Assembly (NCBI RefSeq): GCF_006345805.1
Contig: NC_043015.1
Span: 12,710,001-12,774,000, forward strand
DNA length: 64,000 bases
Source: Octopus sinensis
Lineage: Eukaryota
Direction: 5' to 3'
Positions 38,280 through 51,984 of this stretch are shown piece after piece. Made by a program: the position numbers and the translations under genes. The notes under the pieces were generated by a model. The model was not told the origin of the DNA and did not search any database. It saw only the letters and a list, made by a program, of their open reading frames with translations. Numbering within the stretch: position 1 is the first letter of the stretch; every line of letters begins with the position of its first letter.

Positions 38280-40450
38280 TGATTGTGGTGTATTGAATGT
38301 ATGCAGCATCTATGTTGGTGACTGGTGTTGGATGCGTATAATGTATATGTCATGAATGTATGTAATGTAGTGTGTATGAGGGGGTACCCAAAAGAAACTG
38401 GAATTTTGCAGTATTATTTTATTCAATTGGTTTTACATGTTTACACTTTTATCACCTTCAAAGTATTCTCTATTTGAAGCAATACATTGTCCAGACACAT
38501 TTTTCACTGTTCAAAGCAGTGCTGGAACTCTTGTAAAGTGATGCCTTTTAAAACCTCTGTTGTTTTATTTTCCTCCACCTCTTCCACATCTACAAATTCT
38601 ATAGCACCAGTTTTCATCACCAGTGACAACTTTCAAAAAGAGTTCCAGATCAATTTCCAACTGTTCTTTCAGTTCACGACACGCATTCAATCGTGACTGC
38701 TTTTGATCTTCCATGAACAAGCAAGGCACAGATTTTGCTGCAACTCTTTTTATTTGCAATTCCTCACTCAAAATTCGTTGGCAGGAGCTCCAGTACATAT
38801 GTCATATCAATAAGTTGGTTAATTGTTCAGTGATGGCCTTCCAAGATCAGTTCATGAATTTTCATGATGTTTTCATTCATTCGAGAGGTCGACATACACT
38901 CCGAACAAGGTTGGTCTTCAAGTGACAAGTGACCATTCCTAAAGTGTGAAAACCACTTGTAAACTTGGATTTTGCTCATGGCACAAGATCATTGTAAGCT
39001 GTCTGAAGCATGACAACTGTTTCGGCTGCCATTTTCCCCAGCAGAAAACGGAATTTCATGGAAGCAGGCTGTTCCTTTGTTTCAGCCATTGTAAAAATCG
39101 ACAAACAGGGGAGAAGCACTGCAAAACAAGTGGCAGTATGACTTCACTTGATGACACTGGTCTGCATACTGACGCCTGAGGGTGGCTTCTAGTGACGGAA
39201 GCCTGAACTACAAGCTTGACCACCACAGAACATTTCTTGGTTACTTCTGAGTACTGCTTTGTATGTGATATTATTGAAGATATGTAGTAGTATCTATGCT
39301 ATTGTTGGTCAGTTCTGATCAAGTAGACCTATAATCAAAAGAACACCAGCTGAAACCATCCTTTCTATTCCCTATGTGCAAGGAACCTAGAACCACATTA
39401 TCCAGTATGCCCTTTTCTAAGATGGTAGCGTGTAATTTGAGGGAGATTTGCTGCTATTTCTCATAAATTGAGACTCTTGTAATTGTGTGGTTGTTGAATG
39501 TAGCAGCTACATTGGTGGCTGTATTGTTGAATATACGTTCTGTAATATCTGTGCTGGGAATGGTGGCACTGTTCAATGTATTGTGGTATCTATTTGGTGT
39601 TGTTGAATACTGTGCAGTCTGTGTTGGCAGCTATGCTGTTAAATGTATATACTGTATAACCCATGATGATGATTGTGGTGTTATTAAATGTATATTTTAC
39701 AGTGTTTATATTATCGTTTGGCCCTCAAGTCAGTCTAGATCAAAGAGAATTATGAGCAAAAGCATTCTAGCTGTGACCACCCCACTTTTTTAATACACAT
39801 TTCAGACTAAGGACCATATCATCCAACATGTCCTTCATGGAGACAATTTAAGAAAGATTTGGCTGCTATTTTTAGCAGGTAGTAGCTACTTTGATAGTAG
39901 TGTTGTTATATGTACTGCATTATCTTCGTTATCATTGATATTGTATTGTTGAATGTATTTACTGCAGTGTCTATGCTAGTGCTTGTGACGTTGCATATAT
40001 GAGACATGTCTATGTAGTGTTATTGAATATATATTTATATACTCATTTTTAAGTTTATCTCTATAGATTTTCAATAGAATTCAGAGCCAGCACTGCAAGT
40101 TACAATGTTTCATATACAAATATGTCTATGTAAACAATGTGATCAAAGATAGAAAAAAAATAGGAAATGGGTGTACGTGCATATTTCAAGAATTATTGCT
40201 CTTTCATCAGCACCACACCCAACCTATCAACTATCCACAAACGCATTACTTAAACACCAGCTGAGTTTAGTGGTGTACTGTACTGTCTACATTCCTGACT
40301 GTGTTGGTCTTGAATGTATTTTACTGCAGAATCCTATACAACATAGGATGGTAGTGTTGATGTAAGACTGTTGTGTGTTGATGGTTGTGGTGTTGCTGAA
40401 TGTATGTACTGCAGTGTCAACTTTCGTGATTATAGTGTTGCTGGATTCTT
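38280..40450. repeat. Old degenerate minisatellite (about 32-45 bp period), interrupted by a mariner and two SINE C copies
   Basis: Recurrent GTG(T)TGTTGAATGTA..TACTGCAGTGTCTATG-like units near 38285, 39487-39710, 39895-40030 and 40265-40445. Confidence 0.65.
38377..39253 (-). mobile_element. Internally deleted mariner relic
   Basis: TA|TGAGGGGGTACCCAAAAG terminus; KRVAAKSVP...KQSRLNAC...KVVTGDENWCY. The right end is approximate. Confidence 0.8.
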
Positions 40451-43242
40451 TGAACTAATTCTTGATAAAAAAAGGTTTCCATTTTATTTTCCAATTTTGT
40501 AAAGGAATTTTTTGCCTATTTTGTTCGGAGATATGTGAGTGTGTGTTGTTATGACAGGCAAGTTGGCCAAAGAAATAGTTTGTGATGCAGTTGTGAGACA
40601 GAAAATGATGTCTGATCTGGAGACTTTGTAGTTAGTTCAGTGAAACATGTTGGCGTGGGTTGCTTCTAAAGTAAAAAAAAAAAAAAGCTTAGTTATGATG
40701 TTATTGCAATTTTTGTTGGAGATGGTAACACACACACACAGAAATATATACATATGTTTATTATATTGACAAGTTTCATAATTCTGGGTTTCATTTTTAG
40801 TACTTTGCATTTATAGTGTCCTGCCATGTTCTTTCAGTGTCTGAGTGTTTAGTTATTTTTTTTTTAATGGTATTTATGTTTTGGATGCATTATTACACGT
40901 ATGAATTTCCACCAAGAGTCAATCTATTGTAGGTTCTTCGGTCAGGTATAGTAATGGAGTGGATTTGTAGCACCAGCTTTTATATTACCACTATGTGAAT
41001 GTTTCGTGTAGTGCTAAAGTATATTCAATTTCATAAAGGCGATATATTTTAGGTCTACAATGTCTTTAGCTTTTTATCTGTTATGGTGTTATGCTTTCCA
41101 TTGGCTACTGAGGATGAGGTTCTGTATGTGTGGATGTGCTTGTGTTTTTTGTAGGTCGGTTATTTTTATTGTTGTGTGACTTTATGTTGGACCTAATCAA
41201 ACAAACTTATGATCAAAGGAATCCAGGCTTTGAGTATCTTGTTTTGTGTTTTTTTTTCTTCAGTTATAAACTTGGTGTCACAAAAAAAAAGCATCTAGTA
41301 TACTTTGTAAAGAAATTGGCATTGGGGGGGGGGGCTATAGTAACTTTGCCAAAGCAGACATTGGAGACTAATACAGTCCTCAGGCTAGTCAGATCCTGTT
41401 GACCCACCCAACCCAAAGGCCATCATGGAATACAGACATTAAATGACAGTGAACATAGCTTTCACTTAATTTTCCAATTTATTCATTTTCAAGATAATAG
41501 AGCGATATTTGAGGAGGGCTTGCCGAGCAAACAACCATATAGAGGCTCCTACATTGACTCATTTGTATGTTTGTTGGTTTTACTGTTGTTGTTGCTGGAA
41601 CTTGGGACTTTAGCAGGACGAAAATATCAACACTTCTGTGGTGTGTTCTGTTGCAATTGAAAGTACATTTCTGTTCTTGATGCTATGTGTTGCTTGTTGG
41701 TAAGTGTGTGAGATTTATGGTGCTGGGGTGACTCTTTTTGTTATTTATTTGAGATTCTCTTTGTTTTGTGCACAGTTATCACCCCAGAATTTTTCTCCCT
41801 ATGTGCTGATCTATTTGTTTTTAAATGATAGTTTTTCATTCTTTGAAAAGTATTCCAACCATGACCATTCCATTTGTTGTAGCATACAAAGAGAAGAAAT
41901 GGGAGATCCTGGCAGGAGATGATATGCAACTCATTACTTCAGAGAATCAGTCTATTGTAACAAAGACAGAGAAGACAGCACATCTGTGGGGCACATTTTT
42001 AATGTGCTGCTGAGAGTTTCGTTGCCAGTCAGTTGAATAGGTTTTGTTATAATATTGTTTAGGATATGTATGTGCTGTGTGGGAGCCATACTCTATTGCA
42101 GGTCTTAAGTTTCATAGATGATCAGCAAATAGAGTTGAAGCATTGACTTTTGAGAGTTTTAGTGGCGTGTTGTCCATAACTAGAAAGGATAACACAAAAG
42201 ACTGTTTCCCTGGTATGAGCAGTGAGTGTGTATTTGTACTGTTGAGACTAGACTGTCTGTTGAGCTGGCACAACGTACTAAGTGGGAATTAATTGCAGTG
42301 TTAAACAAATGAGAGGTGGAATTCCTCGTCAATGGAATGCCAACCAATCACAGAGTCAATACCAGTAGTAGAATACTAAAAAAGATATTTTTTTCTCTAG
42401 TAAATTTGATAAGGGTCTTCTTATCCTATGAGCTGTGGGAATAAGGGTAGCTGAATTGGATATGATATAGTAAAATATTGAATTTGAACTTTTACAATTG
42501 ACGGTTGGTGTGTATGTGTGTGGGGGAGAATAAAAGCATGAGAAGGAATTCCAAAGAATACAAAACCAAGGAGGAAAGATTTGGTGAGTCTAGTATAGTT
42601 CCTAAGCAGTCAGAATAGAAGTAGGTTTCAGTTTAGGTGCAATATAATTAGGAAGTCCAGGGGAGCCAGAACCATTGTAGGTAAAAGAGACAAAATACAG
42701 ATCATTTGTAATTAAGTGGTTGTAATCTGAAGTCTGCATTAAAGTCAACAAGGACAATGGTTTATATAGCAGTAAAGCTTATTTATTTTATATAGTGATT
42801 TTTTAACACTAACATCATTGGTTATAGGCTTCCAACAGGTTGATCATTGATTTTCAGTATTTCTAACAGTGAGACTGACAGAGTGTTTAACCCAAGGTAA
42901 GGGACTTTGTTGGAAAAGAACTGTTTTTCATTTTTGTTTTTACACTGATGTTTATGTTCTCTGCCAATATAAATCAACAAAAGGTACACAGACATTCCTA
43001 AATACATATGACGAACTGCCATGCAAGTTTCTATCTACCAAATTCCACTTGGAAAGTACTTGTTGACCTGGAGACTTGCAAAAGTGTAGTGTGGTAGAAC
43101 TGAACCAAGAACTACATGGTTGTAAACTAGAGTACTTAAACAGAGTCATGCCTATACCCAAGTATAATCAAGAGTATTAGAGGCAGCAAATTAATGCTTT
43201 CAATAATATAGTGGTCAGAACACCACCACCTACTACCTATCT

Positions 43243-44017
43243 TAATACAATTACTTTCATTAGTAGCCAGTACCGCACCGACTGGCCTCCGTGCTGTGGG
43301 CACGTAACAAACACCATCCGATCGTGGCCGTTCGCCAGCCTCATCTGGCACCTGTGTCGGTGGCACATAAAAACACCATCCGAAGACCCGGCAAGACTAG
43401 TCAGGCCATAACCTGTGGCCCCTACCTGGGACGTAGTCAGTCCACCTGTGCATACCTTCCTTCTTTTCTTCCTTCTTGTGACACTTGTGAAGACCTGTTG
43501 CGGCAAGTGAAAATCAAAACAAATCAAAATAGATGAACATCAATGGAATTTCTATCTTTGTGGTACCAGTGCCGGTGGCACGTGGCACACAAGAAAACCA
43601 TCCGAACGTGGCTGTAGCCAGTACCGCATCGACTGGCCTCCGTGCTGTGGGCACGTAACAAACACCATCCGATCGTGGCCGTTTGCCAGCCTCATCTGGC
43701 ACCTGTGTCGGTGGCACATAAAAACACCATCCGAGCGTGGCCGTCTGCCAGCCTCGTCTGGCACCTGTGTCGGTGGCACATAAAAACACCATCCGAGCGT
43801 GGCCGTTTGCCAGCCTCGTCTGGCACCTGTGTCGGTGGCACATAAAATCACCCACTACACTCTCGGAGTGGTTGGCGTTAGGAAGGGCATCCAGCTGTAG
43901 AAACACTGCCAGATCTGACTGGACTGGTGCAGCTTTCGGGCTCCCCAGACCCCAGTTGAACCGTCCAACCCATGCTAGCATGGAAGGCGGACGTTAAATG
44001 AAGATGATGATGATGAT
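43243..44017 (+). mobile_element. Young LINE 3' end with internal tandem repeats of about 60 bp and a duplicated block at its 5' end
   Basis: CGAGCGTGGCCGTTTGCCAGCCTCGTCTGGCACCTGTGTCGGTGGCACATAAAAACACCATC-like unit about three times at 43670-43850; 43243-43382 repeats 43615-43735; GAT tail. Confidence 0.85.
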
Positions 44018-44048
44018 ATATATATATTACACATATTAAAAAATATAT

Positions 44049-44274
44049 CTCTCTTTACTCTTTTACTTGTTTCAGTCATTTGACTGTGGCCATGCTGGAG
44101 CACCACCTTTTTAGTCGAGCAAATCGACCCCAGGACTTATTCTTTGTAAGCCTAGTACTTATTCTATTGGTCTCTTTTGCCAAACCGCTAAGTTACGGGG
44201 ATGTAAACACACCAGCATCGGTTGTCAAGCGATGTTGGGGGGCCAAACACAGACACACAAACATATATGCATAC

Positions 44275-44337
<63 letters not shown>

Positions 44338-44505
44338 TATACGACGGGCTTCTTTCAGTTTCCGTCTATCAAATCCACTCACAAGGCTTTGGTCGGCCCG
44401 AGGCTATAGTAGAAGACACTTGCCCAAGGTGCCATGCAGTGGGATTGAACCCAGAATGATGTGGTTGGTAAGCAAGCTACTTACCACACAGCCACTCCTA
44501 TGCCT
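44049..44505 (-). mobile_element. Full-length SINE B (older copies at about 50070-50460 and 52515-52790)
   Basis: Tail, internal (CA)/(TA) microsatellite and tRNA-like head in reverse orientation. Confidence 0.85.
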
Positions 44506-44869
44506 ATATGTATAATATATATTAAAATAATGTTAAATTTAAGATCAATTGGAAAATTTATCTAGTTTTTGTTGTTGAAAGACAAAGTTTATCATATAAT
44601 CAGTTTTTTTGCTTGTCCTATATTTAATTTACTTAAATGACTAATCATATTATGTATCAATCATGAATCAAGTGGGAATAGTTAAAAGAATAACTAAAAA
44701 AGGTTATTGTTCTCACCTTAACACATAACTAGTTGAACACACACATAGACACACAATCATCATCACCATCATCATATATCTGATTCTTATCAACAAAAAA
44801 CAATTTGTTGATACTTTAAGTAATTTTGGATCATTTATTTATCTTTCAGCAACACACTACAACTTAGGT

Positions 44870-45930
44870 TCTCTGATGTGCTTTCTTCTCTCTATATCAC
44901 AACTACAGTGGCCTACAAGAACAAAAGTAGTGACCCCCAGATGACAACAACATTCTGGCAGGGTTATTACAAGAGACATTCTCTTCATTGCAGTCCTGGT
45001 AAAGCCAACAATGGCTTGGAACAGGAACTTTGCTTTATCGTTATACCTTTGGGGTCTAGACAACTCCTTGCTATAGTCTTTATGGACCTGGCCACTGTAG
45101 ATACCATCAGGCATAGCAAGCGAGGAGCTCTTAAACAGAGTGGAGAAAGAGTGTGCCAATGCTGGTGTTCAGTTAACCCTTTAGCATTCAGATTACTTTG
45201 TCAAATGTAAGGCTTGTTTATTCACAATGTTTTGAATTAATTATGCATTATCTCATAACTTTGAGATTGTGATGATGTGATTGTTTATCGTTAGAATGAC
45301 AATGTAGGGTAGGTGTAAGATGCTGGATCTGATCAGTTTGAACATAAAAGAGGTAGAATATTTTGGCTGGATATGGCTGGTTTAAATATTAAAGGGTTAA
45401 ATGACATGAAAACAAGGTCATTGCCAACAATATTCTCCCAGACCATCCAACAAAAGGCACTGCTTTGCAGTAAGTCAGAATTCAAATACCTGAGATCACG
45501 GGCCAATTCATCAGACCAAAAAACCCCATCAAAGCAAGGAAGGCTCTGAATGACATGGCCATATCAAGTTCAGCTTCAGTGCAATTGTAGAATCTGTGAT
45601 TGCTGGACCTTGATGATTACCCTGCAGAAGTCTCTGAACGGATGCTATATCAGGATGTGGCAAGCAGTAGTTAACAGTAAACTGAATGAAAATGTTAGCA
45701 ACAATCATCTGTAGAGGAGGTTACAAAGGATGAGTGAGAAAATAGCAGTCATAAGAATGAGGTTGGCTTATTGTTGCTGGAGACATCAGACGATCTTAGC
45801 CAGCCAGCCGGTAATATGGAAGCCGCCATATGGGCATAACAGTAGAGGTGTTCTACACCAACATACAGGGATATATTAAACTGGACAGCTAGTAAGATGC
45901 ATGGAAGACCAAGATAGTTGTAAGCACTAC
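44870..45930 (+). mobile_element. Decayed RTE LINE RT region, interrupted by a piggyBac-like MITE (45177-45396)
   Basis: LAGLLQ.., FKYLRS, SLNGCYIRM and IWKPPYG..RG-like motifs on both sides of a TTAA-flanked MITE. Confidence 0.65.
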
Positions 45931-48220
45931 TGGAGGTCATGACTGAGGAGTAAATAAAACGGGCATATAGTTCTATAGAGTATAGTTCAGTTCCTAGTAA
46001 ACTAAATTCATAATCGATTTTTGAATCTAGCTTCTTATTTTCACCGATTCCGACTAATATCATCAAAACTTGCATCATGTATAAAGGCAAACTTGGTGAA
46101 GTTGTTTAGATTTGCATTGATTAGGTTCACGAACATCAAAACATCTGAAGTGCTCTGTATCTAGGGAACGTGATAATGGTCAACTTGGAAGAGACACTCT
46201 TTTATAGAAATGTTTATTGTAAAATTTTATGATTATTGTAGAGTGGTGTAGCATTGGACAGCTTCAGTACAAATTTAAACTTGACACAGAACATAGATGA
46301 TATATTTAACAGAAAGACTTGGCATCAAGTAAAGAGAGAAATAGAGATATTGTACTGATAAATTATCAAACTGGAGAATCAGAATAAATTATCAGATTGT
46401 TGCATTGTAAGGTGAAAATTTTCAGAAAATTAATCAAAGATTTCAGATAGATTTGAATGAAAATGTAAAACTATTACATCACTGACTAACAGAAAAAAAG
46501 AGAAAGAAAAAAAAAGACTATGAAATCATAATGGAGGACAAATTTTTGTTTAAAAGTGATTAACAGTAAATTTTGGCAAATTTTAATGATGAGGTCACAA
46601 GACAGAGCATTAAGTATAAATACTATTGTTTAAAAAAAAATGATTGCACTATTTGTTTAGTGGGTTTGTGAAATGAAACAGCCCATAGGCATTTTTTTAA
46701 AGCTAGTTACTCTGACACTCTTTTTCCTATTATTTTGTGAACAATCTGTCTTCAATAGAATGTAATATATGTATTGGAGTGTTTATTAATAATCATTTTC
46801 AGACACATTGGGCTCATGATTAATTACTATAAAATGATAAACACTAATAAACCTTCACGTGAACAGGAAGAGAACTAACGTGAACAAAGAAGAACAAAAT
46901 AGTGACTTGGGTCTAGGAAACAGTAAAATGAACACCTTTAGGGGTAACACTGATAAAAGTGATAAGAACTATTTTTTAATTTACAAAGAAGACAAGAAAA
47001 GCCAGTGAGTTCAGGTTTAGAGCAGAAATTGGAAGACATTTTTATGCTGAAAAACTAGGTATAAGGCCAAAATTAATAAGGGATCCTCTCAACTATTGCT
47101 TGATGTGCAAAAAATATTAGCCAGATTCTCCTCAAATCATATCTTACTGTCTTAAAAACTGAAGAAAACATTGAACAATTTCTTCTTGTATATACAAAAA
47201 TTGTAATAGTTGTCACTGAATGCTTTTGGTCTTGGATCTATTCAGTTCGGACTGACTTGGGTTAAACAATGACTAGAAATATGATAGTAAATAGGAAGTA
47301 AGAACCAAAAAATCCTCTTTTTGGTATCATATTATTCAGAATCAAACTCCACACCCAGTTTTCCTAATATAGGATAACCTTGCATATTGGGTTGGATTAG
47401 ATTGAACTTCCTTATAAAAAAACATTCTAGCCTTCATTATGTGGACCATCGTGTGGTGATCTGTTGCTTTTTTAAAAAAAAAAACTGAACCCCCACCACC
47501 CAAACTTGCAACAATTTTTAGGACAAGGAATTTAAGGGAAATTTGAAAATCCCACTCAACAGGTGAAGCAAATATTTTCTCTTCATTATATTTGAGATAA
47601 AAATGATTCAGAAATACTTAAAGAGAGGAATTTTCCCAAATAAGAGTTTGATGGGAGGAATTTCATTAATATTAGATACATTTCTTCATGGTTGTATGTA
47701 TTTCACCCATCTACAACAGAAATGGAAGTGTTTCATTTCTCACTTGGTTCCAAAACAAATATGTCAGATGGTTTATTCAACCACAGCTGCTTCACTTATT
47801 CAACCACAGATGTTCTCAAAGAGTTAATAGTTAATTATCCAGATAGTGTGTGTATGTGTGTATGTGTGTGTGTGTGTGTGTAAAATGTAAATTAACAGTT
47901 TATGTTGAACACTTCATCAGAATAAAGTGGGTATGTTTTCCAATTGCCTTGAATTGACATAAACCAAGTACTAGACACCTTGAACTCCAATGATTTCTCA
48001 ACACCTTATTGCTTTTTACTTTTGCCTTTTTGAACAAATGACTAGGAACTTTTCAATTGTTTAGAATACACACTCACACTTTTTATTTGGAAATGATAAA
48101 GGTGCAAGTATTTATATATGTTCAGGAATGAATTTCAGTGTACCATATATATGTGTATTAGTGTATGTGTGTGTGTATGTATGCAGATATATACATACAC
48201 ACACACACAAAAACACATGA

Positions 48221-48251
<31 letters not shown>

Positions 48252-48767
48252 AACATCCAGGGCAAGAGAGTAACTGCCATGTTTTAAGTCCGTTTTGTTA
48301 TGTGGTAGGTGTTATAACAACTAGCTTACATCGTGTACTGAGGCCTAACAAATAAATAAAAAGGAAAGGGAGCCTTCAATATATAGATTTAAAAACATAA
48401 CACGAAGGAGAGAGAGAGAGAGAGAGAAGTAATGAGAGCTAAAAGGCAGAGAGAGAGAGAGAGAGAAAGAGAGAAGTAATGAAAGCTAAAAGGCACTGCA
48501 TCATTTTATAGGAGGGGATGAATAATAACAAAGAAAGATTTACATCAAGCTTTCACATACATACAGGATGTGGCTGACTCACCAGGCTCATTATGGAAAT
48601 TAACATATTCTCTGATCTCATATTCAGTCGAATAACACATTTTTCACTGTTCATGAGAGAGAAAAGTATGTACATCTGTGTGTTGTGTGTGTGATAGAAA
48701 ATGTGTGTGCGTGTGTGTGTGAGTGCATGCGCGCATGTGTGTGAGAGAGACAGAGAGAAGTAAAATT

Positions 48768-48799
<32 letters not shown>

Positions 48800-51295
48800 G
48801 TGTGTATGTATATATATGTGTTTGAGTTTTAAAATGAAATATGCAGTTACAAAGAGTTCAAACATGATAAAGTAAAAATGTGAAAGCTGGTGGGAGTTGA
48901 ACCCATATCTCCTTGGTGGGACTTGGGTACAATGTTCACTGCATTACATCAATAGAATCAACCTCCCACATTAGCATCATTAAAACAGTGTGTGTGTGTA
49001 TAATAAAAAGTAAAAAATATTATATATTGAGTTTTTTTCACACATACACACACACACACAAACGAGGGGGAGAGAGTCTGTGAGTGTATGTCTTATAGAG
49101 AATATAAAAAAAATAATGAGTTGCAATTTTGCACTTTAGGATATATAGAACCATTTCCAACACTCTTTTATTAGCAAGAACTTGATACTTCAATAGTGTT
49201 GCATGAAGAGAGTTAATGGAAACAGCAAACCCAGTATAAACTATTTAGAAAACATACCTTATATTTCTCAACAGTAATGTTTCTCTTTGAGAAGTAATTG
49301 AAAGATGGACCAAATATAGGAACCAGTACATAAAGGATCAAAGTAGAATCAGCATTAAGAACTAGATTCTTGAAACTCTGAATTTTTTGAAGAAAGGAGG
49401 GAAGAAGAAATAAAGCAGCCTTATTTATTGATTTTCTTATTACTACTGTGTTCTTTATCCGGTATCAGGGTTTGCCTTTTAATAAGTTAGTAGCTTCAGC
49501 AAAACAGAGATAGGGCTTTTGTGACTTGGCTCTTGATTCCCACCTGTAAGCTATTTCTCTTCACTTGTGCAATTAATGCTCTAAGGAAAGGAGGCATGTG
49601 TATCACAATATTTCTCTCCTCTCCATAAATCAATGCGCTGAGATGTGAACGATATGTCTGATTGGAAAAGGTTAAGCAATTGATTCTATGTAACATTCTG
49701 GTGCAGGGAATAAATATTTAACCTTAACATTAAAAAAAACAAAACCTTTAGTCATAGCAAACTGGAGAGCAGAGGATGCAAAAGACTGCAACTGAAAGAG
49801 ATTTTCACTGTAAAATTATTCAATAACTGCTATTTTCATTGTGAGATCATCAGCACTAACATTACTGATTTATTAGCATGAGTTCTGTCATGTTGACATA
49901 TCCTGAGGATACTACATGCAGATTATACTGATGCTCTAAATCCCCAATGAGTTGACTGTGTGTATATTATAAATACAAGGCTTATACAATTAGTATTGAC
50001 TAATTTATTTTAATTTTGTTTTTGTACCTTACATAGGTGTTGTGGATCAATATGCAATTGCTTATGGCTTCCAGTTATTTGTTTCAGTCATTGGTCTGTG
50101 GCCATACTGGAGCTCTGCCTTGAAGGGTTTATTGGAACAAATTGACCCCAGTACTTATTATTTTTGTTACCTATTCTATTAATATCTTTTGCTGAACCAC
50201 TAAGTTACAGGGACATAAACAAGCAAGCACCTGTTGTCAAGTGGTGGAGTGAGGGGAAAAACACAAACACACACATATATAAACACATACACAACAGTTT
50301 CCATCTACCAAATCCACACAGAAGGCTCTGGTTGGCCTAGGGTTATAGAAGACACTTGGCTAGGGCTATAGAAGACACTTGCAAGTTACCATGCAGTGGT
50401 GCTGAACCTGGAACCATGTGGCTGGGAAGCAAAACTTCTTAGCACATAACCATGCCAATGTCTGTGATTTATTCTTTAAACAATGTGAAACAACTAAACA
50501 TTATTACAAAAGGGAAGCTTACATTTAAGATGAAATCAAGAAGGTTGTTCAGTTTTACGAAAGAAAATGTTACGTTGAGAAATTGAGAAAATTGACTCCC
50601 TTTATTTGCAAAATGTTTTAGTAGCAGAAAAACAAATGAAAAACACTCTTTTCACGTCATAAGTTCTGATGTATTAAATAAGGCCCCAGAGGAAGTTAAT
50701 GCTTTTATTGTTAGGCAATTGGCATAAACAAATCCCAAAATCTAATTTGAGGATTAATATATAGTTAATACCCGTTTGACTACAAAAGAATGCTGTTTTT
50801 TAATATGTCACCACTCCATATAATTGACAAGTTGTTAAACCTATCTAACCCATCCTATAATTACCAGGAAGATAATAACAGTTGCTATATAAGTACAATT
50901 AAATAGGAGGTAATAAGCACAAACATTTTATCAATTTGGAAATGTGAATATAATAATATTAGTACATGAGTAAGCAAACATTTTAAAACAATATTCTAGC
51001 AGTGTTTCATACTAAGAGAGATAAACAAAAGTTAAAAGTTAGTAAACCAGTTCCAAGCTTTTCAATATTGATGGAGGAAAACAAAGTTAATGAAAACATG
51101 AATAGCAAAAACTTATGTTACAACATCTTCATTTCCAACAAGTGAAAAACTTTCAAAAAAAAGCCAGTGAAAAAAGTGAAGCAAAACAATAACAAGTCAT
51201 CATTTTTTTTTGGTTCAAACTGCATTTAACAATAATAATTAATAACTTGTTGAAGTTTAGATTAGTTCTCAACGAATACAAAATAGCACACTTAC

Positions 51296-51304
51296 CATCA
51301 TAAA
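51296..51304 (-). CDS. Src42A: Candidate 9-nt microexon TTTATGATG adding V-Y-D; an alternative acceptor 12 nt upstream gives 21 nt, VNIAVYD
   Basis: attgcag|TTTATGATG|gtaagtg. Long pyrimidine tract with several UGC motifs; AG-free 51319-51407. Both possible acceptors keep the frame. Confidence 0.55.
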
Positions 51305-51740
51305 CTGCAATGTTAACTAACAATTAAATATGCAAAAGCAGGACAAAAGATAAAAATAAAGTAAAAATTAAGATTAAAAAAAAAAAAAGAAAACCATTAT
51401 TTAATAACTCCCCAAATTTGACCATTGTGAGATGTTTGAATCATCACTGGAAAAAAAGCAGCAAAAAAAAAAAAAAGAACAAAAGACAAAAAAAGAAACT
51501 CTAGTAATTTCAAATGGATTTAATACTAATATCTTTTGAAGTCATGCTGGCATGTCTGTGTAGCAAAAAGTTAACTACATCCCCTTTTTTACGATAATAC
51601 TGGCATTAGTATTTTTTTATATTTTAATGATAATAAAGTAGTAGAAATGACTGACGTGTTAATCTTAAGTAAGTGAAATTATAATTCTGTGTATCTACAA
51701 GTGAAACCAAAATAAAACATCATATATATATATATATTAT

Positions 51741-51796
<56 letters not shown>

Positions 51797-51984
51797 TGGC
51801 CTGCTCGCTTAGCCAGCGGGGTGGCGTCATTCGAAGGCTAAAACAATGTGAACACATTGTAACCAGCGATGTGTAACAACATCTGATGGTTTGGTCGGTC
51901 ATGTGATATATATATAGCTACAGAAACACACACACACACATTATATATATATATTTACAGAGAGATGGACAAGGAGAGCTGCAT

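Noticed and set aside
43514-43997. Overlapping 67-155 aa ORFs with repeated CATDTGARRGWQ units
   Set aside because: Produced by the stop-poor 60-bp tandem unit of a LINE 3'UTR. The repeats are contiguous with no unique spacers, so neither a gene nor a CRISPR-like array.
44717-44728. 12-nt segment TTATGTGTTAAG with an AAG|GTGAGA donor
   Set aside because: In-frame TAA and a GT-rich upstream region without a pyrimidine tract.
48330-48344. 15-nt segment with a pyrimidine tract and a GAT|GTAAGC donor
   Set aside because: Joining to exon B creates TGA; taken as an example of how often pseudo-microexons arise by chance in this intron.
48880-48970. tRNA-like T-arm (GGAGTTGAACCC)
   Set aside because: No cloverleaf; a decayed tRNA-derived SINE head. 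No tRNA or rRNA gene was found in the window.
49622-49633. Pbx/Hox-like site CCATAAATCAAT
   Set aside because: A single short AT-rich motif is expected by chance in 64 kb.
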